Both the position numbers and the translations under genes were made by a program. Of a stretch of DNA of 64,000 nt, positions 12,068 to 25,370 are shown piece after piece (positions within the stretch are counted from its first letter, which is position 1; each line of letters begins with the position of its first letter). The notes below the pieces were generated by a model. The model worked only from the letters and a program-made list of their open reading frames with translations, searched no databases and was not told the origin of the DNA. The DNA comes from Leucoraja ocellata (Eukaryota), in NCBI GenBank assembly GCA_036785375.1, contig JAWMAR010000384.1, forward strand, positions 310,001 to 374,000, written 5' to 3'.

Positions 12068-13375
12068 GCTGGCGCCATTCATGGCAGCCTCGCCAACAGC
12101 ATGTCGTGTCTTTATCTTCTTTTGCTGTTTTGGTCTGTGTTGACTTATATGTTTTTAGTGTACCTTTAGTTTTTGTATTATGTCAAGTCAAGTCAAGTCA
12201 AGTCAAGTTTATTTGTCACATACACATACGAGATGTGCAGTGAAATGAAAGTGGCAATGCTCGCGGACTTTTGTGCAAAAGACAAACAACAAACCAACCA
12301 AACAAATTATAAACACAATCATAACACACATATTCTTTTACATAATAAATAATGGAAGGAAAAACGTTCAGTAGAGTTAGTCCCTGGTGAGATAGGCGTT
12401 TATAGTCCGAATTGCCTCTGGGAAGAAACTCCTTCTCAACCTCTCCGTTCTCACCGCATGGCAACGGAGGCGTTTGCCTGACCGTAGCAGCTGGAACAGT
12501 CCGTTGTAGGGGTGGAAGGGGTCTCTCATGATTTTATTTGCTCTGGAGTTGCACCTCCTGTTGTATAGTTCCTGCAGGGGGGCGAGTGAAGTTCACATAG
12601 TGCGTTCGGCCGAACGCACTACTCTCTGCAGGAACTATACAACAGGAGGTGGGGTGGGGGAAGCCTTTTTTTATCTCTTTCCTCAACGGAGATGCAACTT
12701 TTTCAACGTATCGCCAGCAGCACTGCGGCGCCAACATCGTGGAGCTGGTGGTCTCTTCGTTAGGGAACGAATGCGGGAGCGCTAACAGCTGGAGCTTCGA
12801 CCGCCCCGATCGCGGGAGCTTTGATAGCCGACTGCGGGTGCATCGATCGTCCCGACTGCAAAAGGTTTGATTGTTCCGACCACGGGGGGAAAGGAGAAAA
12901 GAAGGGACAAGTTATTTGCCTTCCATCACAGTGGGGAATGCGAGGTCGGCGATAAAAACAAGATGGATGTGCTGCCTGCACTGGTGAGGACCCGGAGGGA
13001 GTGCCGTGTGTGCAGAGATCTCGGTGTTTTGCGGGGACATGGCTCCATGAGGACATCCCGGAGTCTAGTGTGAGTGTGGACGGCTTTCTGACTGTTCAGG
13101 TGGACAGGGACTGCAGAGAGAGTGACAACGGTCGGTACAACTCTGGTCACATCACGGTGAAGGAGAATGTGTGTGGCCCGGACATTGAACTGATGGCTGT
13201 GGGTCTCCGCTTATGCTGTGGCCCTGGGGATTCTCACACTGAACTGTTGGCTGTTTAAGTCTATGTTTATTTTTTATGTGGTTATGCATCTTGTTGCTTT
13301 TTTGTATGACTGTTGGCTAATCAAGTTCCTTGTATGTTTACATACTTGGCTAATAAATTAATTACAATCGCAATT
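12068..13375 (+). mobile_element. Internally deleted Rex1/Babar-type element with an APE endonuclease remnant, interrupted by a second element
   Basis: 12950-13230 translates to NKMDVL..TWLHEDIPESSVSVDGF..DRD..GHITVKE..PDIELMAVGLR (APE N-terminus). 3' end at ggctaataaa. Confidence 0.65.
12183..12651 (-). mobile_element. Rex1/Babar LINE 3' fragment with (CTTGA)n tail
   Basis: Closely similar to 62750-63190 in reverse orientation (one internal segment missing). Confidence 0.88.
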
Positions 13376-14885
13376 AAGCATAAATGCAAAATTCACTGCC
13401 AGGACAGAACACTGAAAGTGTGTTTTCTTAACTGGAATGATTGCATCAAGGAGTAGGACTCAAGTAGATTGTCCAAATCGGGAGTGACCGTTCGAAGATA
13501 TGCGATGGCATTTTGGGCAGTATAGTTGACAACAACACATCACTCCCCAACATGTTTAATGCATTCCATCCTCGTTTTGAACAGAAGGCCAGTGGAATGA
13601 CATGGCCGCCCCAACAACCTCAGATGCACGTGTACTTATGGTCACTGTCGCAGATGTGAGATGGGCCTTCATGAGAGTGAACCCAACATCAAAGCAAAGA
13701 ACAAATGTCACAGAAGGAGTAGCCCATTCAACCTCTCATACCAACTTCATTAGTCAATACCATCTGACTGATGCTTTACCCCATGTCACTTTCCTTCACT
13801 TGTCCCATATCCCTTGACTTCTCGAATACCAAACCATTTTTTAGTCTCTGTCTGCAACATATTCAATGACTGAGCCTCCATACCGCACAGGCAGAGATTT
13901 CTAAAGACTCGCCATGTTCGGGGTGAAGACATTTGTTCTCACTTCGCTTTTGAGTATCCTTAGTCCTTATTTGGGGAGTGTGAAGAGCCATGGTTTTACA
14001 TACTACAACAATCACCCCATTATAGCCCATTAGAAGGTTTTACCTTACACGTTAAGACATCTAGTTGATTGGTGGGGATTGGCCAGTGCTGGACTAATCT
14101 TAGCCTCATGCAAGTCTGCATTCGCCTATTGAGGCTTGCGTTTCCGGTCAGGTCCATCTTTCCTCTGCACATCCTGGTGTATCATCTCACAACTGGCACA
14201 CCAATCGTGCATCAGCTGAACAATGTCCCTGCTGCTTGGTCAGCACTCTAAATAGACTTGCCTCAGGCAGAAGCCTCTCCATTATTTTCTGTAGCGCGCT
14301 CCATGGAAATGCTGACCAGATCTCACCATCTGTATTCCATTTAACTCAAGTATACAAGAATCTCAGCACAGTGAGTCAGCGAGAAGTGACTGAAATCGAG
14401 GGTAATCGCCAGCAAGAGAGGAAGGCATTGTGCATTGGAATTGATCCTCAACAGGTTGGACAAGGGGATGGGGTTTCAGCAGAGTTTTAGAGGAGGGAAA
14501 AGGGAAGCTGAAAAGGTTGGAGAGGTAAAACAGAGTACGTAGTCGAATCGATAGCTGACAGAGGCAGTGCGAAAACTTAGTGATGTTGAAGAAGCTGGAA
14601 TTGGCAGAATGTAAATCTTCACGGAGGATTGGCACTCAGAGAAGTGGAGACTGTGAGAGGAGAGGTCTTGAGACATTTAAATTCTTGGACAAGAAAATGA
14701 AAACTGAATGTTCACAGATCAGTGGAGAGAAGTAGCTAAGACACATGCCATGTTGCGTCAGCCACCAATCATCGACTTACACCCCAGTCCTGCCCTGACC
14801 TATTTCACTCTTCCAACATGTTGCAGAATCTTGGAACGTATGCGTATCAGCAAATTCAGGGGTGACAGCAAAGAGGGATCGGTAA

Positions 14886-15213
14886 AAGTCTTGTCCCACG
14901 AGCATGCGACTGCATGCGGCAAGCGAGACCGAACCAGAAGCGGGGGCCGCAAGGAGGTCGAGTGAGTGACATGAAGTTCGAGCGAAGTCCACGGGAAGTC
15001 CGTGCGTGACGTATGGCATTGAGGCGGCTGCAGGCCGTTGCCGCGCGGAATTTTTGAACACGGTCAGTTTTTCGGAGCCCCGCGCGATGTCGGGACCAGC
15101 TCCGCACAACGCCATACGGCTCCGGCGATCGAAGTGGGACCGTCCCCGCGAGGACCCACGGATCAAGTGACCACGTTAGGTCGCGCTTGTCACATGCTCG
15201 TGGGACAGGCCCT
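14886..15213. mobile_element. CpG-rich MITE family 2 (PIF/Harbinger-like)
   Basis: TIR AGGGCCTGTCCCACGAGCATG (left copy partly decayed), TAA at both flanks. Sister copy at 32074. Confidence 0.8.
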
Positions 15214-16512
15214 TAAGTGTTAGGATATGGAACGGAAATTGTGAGTGAGCAAAATTACAAGGGGAGAATGAGAAGCAGGCCACGAGATCACTGAAGTAAT
15301 CAACATTCCTTGGTATAATGGGGGTTTGAATAACAGAAAGGCTAAGGTATGTCTGGAGATGTCAGACAATATTCTCATTCTACACAGTCCCGCTCTCATG
15401 TAGAAAATTATGACCACTATTTCCATAATCCTAAATGAGACCTCAGTCTGAAAGGGGCTTAATGATGCACTTTGGGACAGAGCTTGTGGTCTCCAGTGCT
15501 GTTTAAGTTGGTGTTAGTTTGACCAGATAGCTACACATTCAGTTTTATGGCATTATACAAAAGATGGATGACTTGTTTTTGAAGCTGGGAGACTCCAGGT
15601 GTCTGGAATCACTCCCTAAGTGTCAAAATATTTCTCTGAAACGAAATGCATTTGTTTGAAAATTAATGAAAGGCTGCACTCACAAAGTAAGACCACCGCC
15701 TTGTTTCAGGCAAGCTTTGCGTTGGAAAGGTAGCCCGGATACATGGCAAACAAAATATCTCTGAAAGAAATTGAGGCGAATAGAAAAAATAAAAACACAA
15801 TCCAAAAATCCATCAACTAAGTTGAACTTGGCAAAGGAGACAGGCCACTGTAACTGGAGCTGTCCTGAGCACCGCTGTAGCTCCAACATGAAACAATGAA
15901 TTAGACTTGAGGACTTCATTTTGTGTTCATTTTTTAGGATCAGATCGGCCCAGACAAGTCTAGCATTTTATCCTCATCCCTAATATGGACTTTTTCCACC
16001 ACGCTCCTGTTTGTTCTCTCTAAACTTTTCCTACCCTGGAACCTTGCCCTGACTGTGGGCAGCAGTCCACAGGGAGTTTACTGTTTGCTATTGAAGAGTG
16101 GAGGTCAATGTTAAATAGTGGCAGACATTTATTAAAGGGGGCAACACCATTCATCCTAACCTTAACCCGAACTGGCTTGTGACTTTCTGTCAGAGAGTCA
16201 CTGGGTAGAGAGCAACAAACAACATCGACGGCTTCTCTACCTTATGGTTTCAGGCTGCACAGCCAATGTTGACAAATTCACTGCCTTCACAGTTGAGGGA
16301 ACAATGCATCATTGTTGTTGTTGAATAGTCCCTATCCTGCCCTATTTTGCACGTGGAGGAGATTCCTACACATTTTTGTTTCTTTTTTCATCCATTCCCA
16401 AGTGATCCCATACCAAAGTCGTGTCAATGCCCCTTTTATATCACATTTTCAACTTTCTTTTGAACGGAGCAATATAAAATTAACCCTTAAAATACAGACT
16501 TTCCTTTGAAAA

Positions 16513-16905
16513 GGTGTACCAATTTTATTTTAAATAATTTTGTAAGGATTTCAAAAATTTCAGTCCAAAATGTTTGGATTTTTATACAAAAAACAAATGA
16601 GTGCGCTATAGTAGCTTCTTGAGATAGACATTTATCACAAATAGGGGAGACGTTAGGAAAATGTTTGCTTATTTTGGTTTTTGAGTAATATAATCTATAT
16701 AAGATTTTAAATTGAATTAGAGTGTGTCTTACGTTAATCGAGCATTTATGCACAAACAAGTAAATGTTTATCCCACCTCTCTTTTGAAAATTTTATAGCT
16801 AGTTCTTGTTCCCAGTCTCTTCTAATTCCGTCGGTTGATGGTATTTCGATATTTAGAATGATGTTATATAAGTATGATATTAAATTAGCTGATTCGGCCT
16901 TTGTC
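16513..16905 (-). mobile_element. L1-clade LINE ORF2 C-terminal fragment (CCHC zinc-knuckle region)
   Basis: LIQFKILYRLYYS..CDKC..ATIAHSFVFC..FW motif of fish-type L1 ORF2. Confidence 0.8.
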
Positions 16906-16915
16906 TTCGTTGCTT

Positions 16916-17045
16916 CGTCTGAAGAAGGGTTTTGGCCCGAAACGTTGCCTATCTCCTTCGCTCCATAGATGCTGCTGCACCCGCTGAGTTTCTCCAGCAT
17001 TTTTGTGTACCTTCGATTTTCCAGCATCTGCAGTTCCTTCTTAAA
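16916..17045 (+). mobile_element. Penelope-derived short element (family A), single arm
   Basis: Starts at ctgaagaagggttttggcccgaaacgtt. Near-identical to copies at 20781, 43076, 53869, 60751. Confidence 0.78.
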
Positions 17046-17180
17046 AAACAATCTTTACTTGTGTAGCAGAATCTGCTGATTCCATGGTCCAATCCCAATC
17101 TAAAATCACCCCAATGCCTGAGCCACAATGTTAGAGGCTTCAAGTATGCCACACCTCCATAGAAAGGTGCCAAATTCATC

Positions 17181-17340
17181 TTTCCACCTTAACCAAACAT
17201 CGAACTGGCTGCTCCACCTTAATTTGATGCCAAATTAGCTGTTCCATCTTAATGAGTTGTGAAAATAGCCGTTCCACCTTAACTAGACAACAAACCAACT
17301 TTTGCACCTGACAAAGACACGAACTGGCTATTCCACTTTG
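17181..17340. repeat. 30-bp periodic array with a TTCCACCTTAA core and variable spacers
   Basis: Units start at 17181, 17211, 17241, 17271, 17301 and ~17330. Confidence 0.7.
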
Positions 17341-17837
17341 AACAAGCTCCAAATATTTAAGTGACTTCAAGCTGGTTTACACTTCACTTCCAAACCGGCT
17401 GTGATATCTCATCCACAGCACAAGCTATTTCACAGGGATAGTTCCCAGAGGTCAAGTATCATAACCTCAACCAGCCATTGCCCCCCAAAGAGTTATCAAT
17501 CCTTAAAACTCATACATTACCATCGAACAGATCTACCAGTGGGCCAACAGTATTAGGAACGAGTGCTGCCACTGGGACAATAAGTTCATTGGTGGATGCA
17601 CATTAGTTTAAGAGACACAAAGAGATGCAGGAGACTCACAGAACCACTGGAAACTCCATTATGAACATCTATTTTTACCAGTTAGGTGAAATGTTTCTTG
17701 TCCAGAGAATTTCAGTGATAGCGTCTTTTGGAAGGACCAAGCATTCTCTCCCATTTGATGAAAATCATATGATCATGATAATCTGTGGAGTTCGCTTTCA
17801 ATTTTGCTCTACGCTTGAGAGGCTCAGCAATCGTTCA

Positions 17838-18060
17838 TGCCCCTGTCCCACTTAGGAAACCTGAACGGAAACCTCTGGAGACTTTGCGCCCCACCCAAGG
17901 TTTCCGTGCAGTTCCCGGAGGTTCCCGAAGGTTTTTGTCAGTCTCCCTACCTGCAACCTCCGACAACCACCTGCAACCTCCGGGAACCGCACGGAAACCT
18001 TGGGTGGGGCGCAAAGTCTCCAGAGGTTTCCGTTCAGATTTCCTAAGTGGGACAGGGGCA
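17838..18060. mobile_element. Palindromic MITE family 1
   Basis: Same TIRs as 6041; TCA/TTA flanks. Confidence 0.85.
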
Positions 18061-20780
18061 TTACTCATCCATGCCTGATTCAAAAGATTTACCATTTGTT
18101 AATCTGGTATAAGTCTGTCATTTGGATTGGGCCACCCATTGGCAGAGGTGGTAGTTTTCCAAAAGGGACAGTTCATTTCGAATGCCCTTGCTATATCCAT
18201 ATTTTGCTGGTGGCTACGGGCAACACAGTAAAATGCGATCAAATTGTTAACATTAAAGTGTATTTAAATCAATAGTTGTGAAAAATTAAATCCCCAAAAC
18301 AGTGTAAGGAGAGCAAACGAGTGGCGTTGAAGATAAATCATATCATGCCCATTGGGCATTCGGGAGTGAAATTATCTCAAACATTTAATTTTAGCATCAC
18401 TCTGAAAATCAATGGTATTGCCAATCGACAATTGTAGTACAGATAACATAGAAATAGAACAATACGGCACAGGAACAGGCCCAATGACCCACAATGACTG
18501 TTGCGGATGTGATGCCAAGATACATTAATTTCAGCTGCCTGCACATGATTCATTTTCTTCAATTCCCTGCATATCAAAGTGCCTATCTAAAAGCCTCTTA
18601 AAAGCCTCTCTTGCATCTACTTCTACCACCACCCCCGGCAGCCATTCCAGGCACCCACTACTCTCTGTGTAATAAAATTGCCCTACACATCTCCTTTAAA
18701 CTTTACCCCATTTACCTAAAAGCTGTGTCCCCTAGTCTTTGACATTTTCACTCTTGGATAAAGGTTCTGGCTGCTTAACCCTATATATGCCTCCCACGCC
18801 AATACAGTGTCCTGGGCCTGAAGCATTAACTGTGTTCCTTTTTGCAGATGCTGCCTTGCCTCATGAATATCTTCTGTATTTCTGCAGAGTTTTTCTTTCA
18901 GATTTCCAGCATCCGCAGTTGTTCGATTTCCTTTATTTGCAGTACACACCTGGTTCTCTTCAATTATTAGTGCTAATATTTTTTACATAAAACTGCATTC
19001 ACAAACTGACAAGCAGCCAACATAAGATTGAATTGAAGACTTTATGATAAAGGAATTAATTGTTCATTCACACTGCGGTGTGAAAGTCCAAGCCTCTCAT
19101 TGCTGGTGACGTTTTCTTCCATCAGCCTATCTGAACAGGAGAGAGTTCACCTCCTAGGCTGGGCCCTGATCCTAGGCAGACTGCAACTTGGGAGCTTTGT
19201 CGGGCATCCTGTTACTATAAATACAGATTATTCAGCTTCTTTGTGTAGGGCCCCTGTGTACTACTTCTGAATGAGACTTTGCCACTGCCAAACTCATCTG
19301 GCTGGAGCCAAAGAAAACATTGCCAGCTGTGAGTTCAGCGGGGAAGAGGGGGAGAAGAAAATGAGAGTGAGCAAGAGCTATGAAAGCAAGAGGCACACGA
19401 GGAAATAGGAGAAGGAGAAAGAGGCAAAAGAAGAGCAAGGCAAAAGGAATGTAGAGAAGCAGAAGGACAATAAAGACAATGAGAGGCGTAAGAGAAAAGG
19501 TCAACTAGAAAGCACAGCATTAATCATGCAGTGAGTCATACAGCCCAGAAACAGGCATGGAGACACAAGAGACTGCAGATGCTGGAATCAAAGGTATCAA
19601 AGGTATTTTATTAGTCACATTCACATACACCCAGGTGTAGTGAAGTGAAATGCTTTTTGCCATTTTGCAGCACACAAAAAAAAAATACAGACATAACACC
19701 AATGAGAGTCTTAAACACATAGAACATCCCCCCACAATGGCTCCCACCATGAGGGAAGGCACAAATGCCAGTCCCCAACCCCATAGTCGGGCCTATTGAG
19801 GCCTCCACAGTTGCCTCTATGGAGGCCCGATGTTCCTGGCCGTTCTCGCCAGGTGATGTTGCTCCGGCGTCAGGAGAGTCCTCCCAGTAATCATGAGTAA
19901 AAAACGAATTACTCTATGGATCAGGAAGCACTGGGTGAGGGACATGGATAGATGGCCTTTCAGGTCCCAATCTGAAACATTGATTATTCCAATGCATAGA
20001 TGCTGCTTGACCCGCTGAGTTCATCCAGCAATTTGTTTTTAATCAAGATTCCAACATTTGCAGTCTCTTGTGTTTCCAAGCCTCTTTCTGTGATATATTT
20101 TGACTGTATGACTATTGTCACATTAACTATTTCCACATTAAAGATATGGCTTCATATAATAGCTAGGCCGCTGTTGTGTTGAAGGATACCTTGTGGAAGC
20201 AGTGTTGCTTGGCGATAAAAATCATTTTAAACAGGTCAGAGACTGAAAAGAGTTGGCAACTCAAAATTGGGCATCCATGAAGTGTTGTGCATCAGTAGCT
20301 GCAGCAAAAATCTACACGATCATAACTCAACCTCAAGTCCCAGTTAATTCCCCATCCGGCCATTACTATCAAGGTAGGAGGCCTAGTCTGATTCAACATT
20401 GAGGGGATTGAGTGTAGAAATGAGGAAGATAGTGGTGAAGCTGCACATGGAGCACTGTGTTCAGTTTTGATCACCCTGCAAAAGGAAAGATGCCATTGAG
20501 CTAGAAATAGAGCTGAGAAGATTTATGAAAATGGAAGAGGACAGGGTTCTTGGAGCAATGAAGAGTGTTTGGGGTTTGGGGAGGAAGGTAAGACCAAAGC
20601 CACGAGAGCAAGGCGGGATATAATGAGAATTTTAAATCAAGGCGTTCCTGAGCCAGAAGAAGCACGTTAGTTGTTGCTGTTGTGTTTTCGCTTCAAGGGA
20701 AATGTATTCAGCCAGTGTTGCAATGTGTCGTGAACTGGTGCCGATTTCGAACCAATTTGGCCTTATCAGTACATAACAAG

Positions 20781-20910
20781 TTTGAAGAAGGGGTTCGGCC
20801 TGAAACGTTGCCTATTTCCTTCGCTCCATAGATGCTGCTGCACCCGCTGAGTTTCTCCAGCATTTTTGTGTACCTTCGATTTTCCAGCATCTGTAGTTCC
20901 TTCTTAAACA
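20781..20910 (+). mobile_element. Penelope-derived short element (family A)
   Basis: tacataacaag repeated at 20770-20780 and 20917-20927. Confidence 0.75.
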
Positions 20911-22111
20911 CCTAAATACATAACAAGGTAGATACGACCCCAGTCTCTCTGAACAACCTGTCAAATCCAGTGTTCCTATCAATAATTAGCATTTCGGATC
21001 TTCAAAACAACGGTTAATTTTCTATTAGCAAAAAACAATTTAAACTTCGTCTGTCTACAACAACACATTATCAGGTTAACGGGACAATGTTCCAACTCAT
21101 CCCAGAACAAGGATTGAATCAGGGTGCATTTTCCAGTTGTTTCCACAAGAGGAGGCCACAGGATAATAGACCCTTTGATACACCCCTTCACAACATCCAC
21201 TTCCTTCCCTGCTGTTCTGCATCTCCTGAGTAGCACCAGGTTTCCATGTTAGTGGCTGCCACAAGGAGACCCCATTTGTTAGATTCATCTTCCACATTCT
21301 TCAACTAAAATGTTCCATGCACCAGCCTGCCTGATGATCACCAAATTGATTTTGTTACCCTGTTATAGGAAATGTTCACAAAATGCTGGCAGGCAGCATT
21401 CTGATCAACCTCTTCTGCATCCTCCCCAAAGAGACTTAAACAAGGCACAGCAAACACAAAAGAGTATCAAAGTCAAGGTATGTATAATGGTTCAACTTTC
21501 ACAACAAAAAGAGAGAATAACATTGTTGCAGGACCCCAGCATCTTTTACGAGGGTGATAAAATTTAGGACCCATTAAGAGGTTGTGTTTCAGCAGAAACT
21601 CAGCGGGTGCAGCAGCATCTGTGGAGCGAAGGAAATAGGCAACGTTTCGGGCCGAAACCCTCCTTCAACATGGATCATTTGCCATGAGTATCTGAATAAA
21701 CCAATTATTTTTAGCTGGAGCAGCAAGTCACTACTTTTACAAGGAAAAAGGAAATCATTCAATCCATTCAGAAGAAATTATATCTTATCATATTGTAGAC
21801 CACAGTATAATAATTTCCTGGGTGCCACAACAGATGAATTTTTGAGTCAGAGTAACACGATTAGCACAGAGACACAAGAGACTGCGGATGCTGGACTGTG
21901 CAGGACCACAGAGGGCCAGGCAGCATCCGCGGAGGGAAGTAGACTTTGCCTATTCATTTCCCTCCACAGATGCTGCAGGACCCACTAAATTGCCCCAGCA
22001 ATTCATTATTTCAACATGATTATTATGTTGTCTTTGATGCTTCATGAATGATTTTAGCAGCTTCAGTAGATGGCTTTGGCCACAAGGTGGTGCCTGTCAC
22101 CATTATCCCAG

Positions 22112-22269
22112 GATAGACACAAAAAGCTGGAGCAAATCAGCAGGACAGGCAACATCTCTGGAGAGAAGTAAAGGGTGGCATTTCGGGTCGAGACCCTTCT
22201 TCAGATCTGAAGTTACTCCAACTTTTTGTGTCTATCTTCAGTTTAAACCAGCATCTGCAGTTCCTTCTT
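22112..22269. mobile_element. Penelope-derived short fold-back element (family B)
   Basis: Perfect 13-bp TSD accattatcccag at 22099-22111 and 22270-22282. Confidence 0.8.
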
Positions 22270-22679
22270 ACCATTATCCCAGTGATGTTCTTCTGGGAAT
22301 GGTACTGGGAAGCACATTTCTGGATTCTGTATGCAGGAATGAGATATAACACAAGGATTGACATACTCATAGTAATTATATGCTTGAGTCGAGTGCTGCC
22401 AGATTCACAGGGAGATGCAGCTTCTCATCCCTATTCATATTAAAAAGGATTGAATGGGAAGAGATCTTGATTGGAAAATAATAATCTAAATATATGTCCT
22501 CCGTCAAACCATCTGGAAGGCATCTGCTCCTATTTTCCTCAAATATACCTGAAATCCTATTTGCAGATGTCGAAGAATATATTCATCAGATTCATTCTTT
22601 ATAACTACCAGAGGCAAAATAAATCTTGAAAAAAGACAAATGTAGAAACAATAAATCTATATGCACCATTTGCCCCATT

Positions 22680-23380
22680 GGGTCTGCTCTTCCATTCAAC
22701 ACAGTTTAGGCAGCATTCACTTCAATGCTTTGTTTTCTTCTACTCCTCGTATCGCTTTTGGATTAAGAAACATATCTCGATCATTCTCGAATATATTTTA
22801 TAGCTTGGAATTCTGTGGTAGAGAACTGTACAGGGTTGTCCCACCCTGTGTGAAATCTCTCCTGACCTCAGTTCAAAATGGCTTACTGCATTTCCTCAGG
22901 CTGTGGTTCCTAGTTCTGGGTCCCAAGCCCTCGGGGACATCCTCCCTATCTCTATCTTTCTGGTCTTGTTGGAAATGTTGAGCTTTCTATGGTGCACCCT
23001 CTCATTCGTCTAAACTCCAGTGAACACAGGCCTGACCAACCCAACCTCTCCGCAGACCTCAGTCCTGCCATCCCAGGACACCGTGCAGCAAACCTTTGTT
23101 GAACTTCCTCCGCTGCAAAAAAAGATTAAAAAATGCACACAAAAGGTCGCACCAAGGCCTTGTAATCCTTGTTCCTGCTTTCAAATCCTCTTGCAATGAA
23201 GGCCAATATACCATTTTCATTCCTAACTGCTTGCTGCACCTGAGCATTTGCTTTCAGTGACTTGTGCACAAAGACACCCAGGTTTCAGTACTCTTTCTCT
23301 TTTCTTAATCTATTGCTATTCAAATAATAATGTATTTCTAGCCTTAGGGCCAAAAGCTCACATTTATCCATATTAACAAT
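22680..23380 (-). mobile_element. Old degraded CR1 fragment
   Basis: Diverged similarity to the CR1 3' region (ttctgtggtagagaa, tcgtctaaactccagtgaa, catcccagga). Confidence 0.6.
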
Positions 23381-24265
23381 CAGAGAGTCCCAATCCACTT
23401 TGACTCTAGGCATCCTACACACTCCCCGTTCGTTCCCAGATACCTAGGACATTTCTTCACCTCAAGAGAGACTAGACAAGTTGCAAATGTATTCTTCGGA
23501 AATTAGAAGAATGGGAGATAAATCTTATTGAAACATTTAAGATCCAAAGGAAGCATGGCAGGATAGATGTCGATATTTTCACAATTGGGAGAATTTTGAT
23601 CAAGGGGACATAGTTCAAGGTAAAGGACCAATCATTTAGTTTGGTTTAGAGAAACAAGCTCTTCAGCTGACCGAGTGATCATTGATCATCAGTTCATACT
23701 AGTTATATGTTCAGACTGGTTCTATGTGGAGGCTAGCTCATTAGAAACCTTTAAAATTGAAGTAGATACATTTTTGATAGATTGTCCCAATGAGGGCCAT
23801 GGGAAACGGACATGGAAGAGGAAACAGGACTTGAGGTAGATCGGCTGAGATTGTATTGAGTAGCCATCAGAGTTGAGGGGCCAGGTGGCATATTCCTATT
23901 CATAGATTGTGTTTTTATATTCTTGTGTTGTTATTTACTTGTCACTTTCAGAGTTATCCAATTTGGACAATGTAGACCAGAATCTCTCTGATGTGCGTTC
24001 CCAACTCCCAGATACACTTGTTCTTGAAGAACCTCCAACTGCCTTCTCCAACAGACTAATACCTCAATTTCTAAGTATTAATTTACACCATAACACTACC
24101 GATTCTTTTGAGTGCATGTCTTCAATTGTGCCATGACATACAATAGCTTTTTTCTTTAGCAGGGCTTGAGATCAAGGATAACTTGCTCCCACTCCCATTA
24201 TATGGGTTCTGTGTTGGATAATGGGGCCAATATGTCCACTCATTCTTGCACAGATTTGGCAGTAA

Positions 24266-25370
24266 TGCCCCTGTCCCACTTAGGAAACCTGAACGGAAAC
24301 CTCTGGAGACTTTGCGCCCCACCCAAGGTTTCCGTGCGGTTCCCGGAGGTTGCAGGTGGTTGCCAGAGGTTGCAGGTAGTGGAAGCAGGTAGGGAGACTG
24401 ACAAAAACCTCCGGGAACCGCACGGGAACCGGTGGGCGGCGCGACTCTTGTCAGCAGCGGCCTCTGCAGCCCGTCTGCGTTTTATTATTTTCTGTCTATG
24501 TTTTTATGTAGTTTTTGTTATTTTTGTTGGGGTGTGTGTGTGGGGGGGGGGGGGGGGGGGGGGGGGGGGGTGGGGGTGGGGTGGGAGGGAGGGGGGGAAA
24601 CTTTTAAATCTCTCCCTGCACGGGAGACCCGACCTTTCTCGTCGGGTCTACGTTATCGTTGGGGCTGCAATGAGGAGCGGCCTCCAACAGGAAGAGACCG
24701 GGGACTCTGGTGCCGACGACTCACCTCACCGTCGCGGAGCTGGCCGAGTCCAGAGCGGGTGGAGCGGTGGAGGAGCGCTGCTGCTGCTGCTGCTGCGGCC
24801 CGACCGGAGAGTCGGAGGCTTCAACTGCAGGTCTGCGGACGGCAGCACCAGGAGCCCGCGGGTCCCTGGAGAGAGACCGCTTTTCAGGGCTCTCGCAATG
24901 GCGACTTCTCCCGCCCGAGTTGCGGGGTCGAAGAGCTCCTGGAGCGGGGCCTAACATCACCACCCCGCGCAGCTTGGAATGGCCGCAGGACTCTGCGAGC
25001 GCACGCCGGGGGCTCTAACACCAAGACCCGGTGTGCGACTTCGCACCACCCGGCGTGGCTTTAATGGCCGCGGGACAATTGCCATCGCCAGCCGGGGCTT
25101 TGGCTTTGACTCTGACATGGGGGGGGGGGGGAGAGTGCAGTGGAGAGATAAGTTTATTTGGCCTTCCATCACAGCGATGTGATGGATGTTTATGTAAGTT
25201 ATGTTGTGTCTTGGGTCTATGTGTTTGTAATGTATGGCTGCAGAAACGGCATTTCGTTTGGACCTCAAGGGGTCCAAATGACAATTAAATGTATCTTGTA
25301 TCTCTTGTATCTTGTATCTTGTAAAGTCTCCAGAGGTTTCTTTTCAGGTTTCCTAAGTGGGACAGGGGCA
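24266..25370. mobile_element. MITE family 1 copy interrupted by a ~890-bp insertion
   Basis: Both TIRs and TAA/TAA intact; sequence resumes at aaagtctccagagg after the insert. Confidence 0.85.
24431..25323 (+). mobile_element. CpG-rich non-coding non-LTR retroelement with a 3' stem-loop and (TCTTGTA)n tail
   Basis: 3' end tttggacc-tcaagg-ggtccaaa hairpin plus simple-repeat tail. The same 3' end occurs at 63588-63654. Confidence 0.7.

Noticed and set aside
10180-17340. CRISPR interpretation of the 44-bp and 30-bp arrays
   Set aside because: Vertebrate intron, degenerate repeats, spacers too short or related to each other, no cas genes.
19232-19520. Hydrophobic membrane-like ORFs
   Set aside because: Translation of a purine-rich GA tract on the opposite strand.
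24166-25064. Longest ORFs (262 and 210 aa)
   Set aside because: They run across MITE, poly-G and GC-rich retroelement sequence; low stop frequency explains them.
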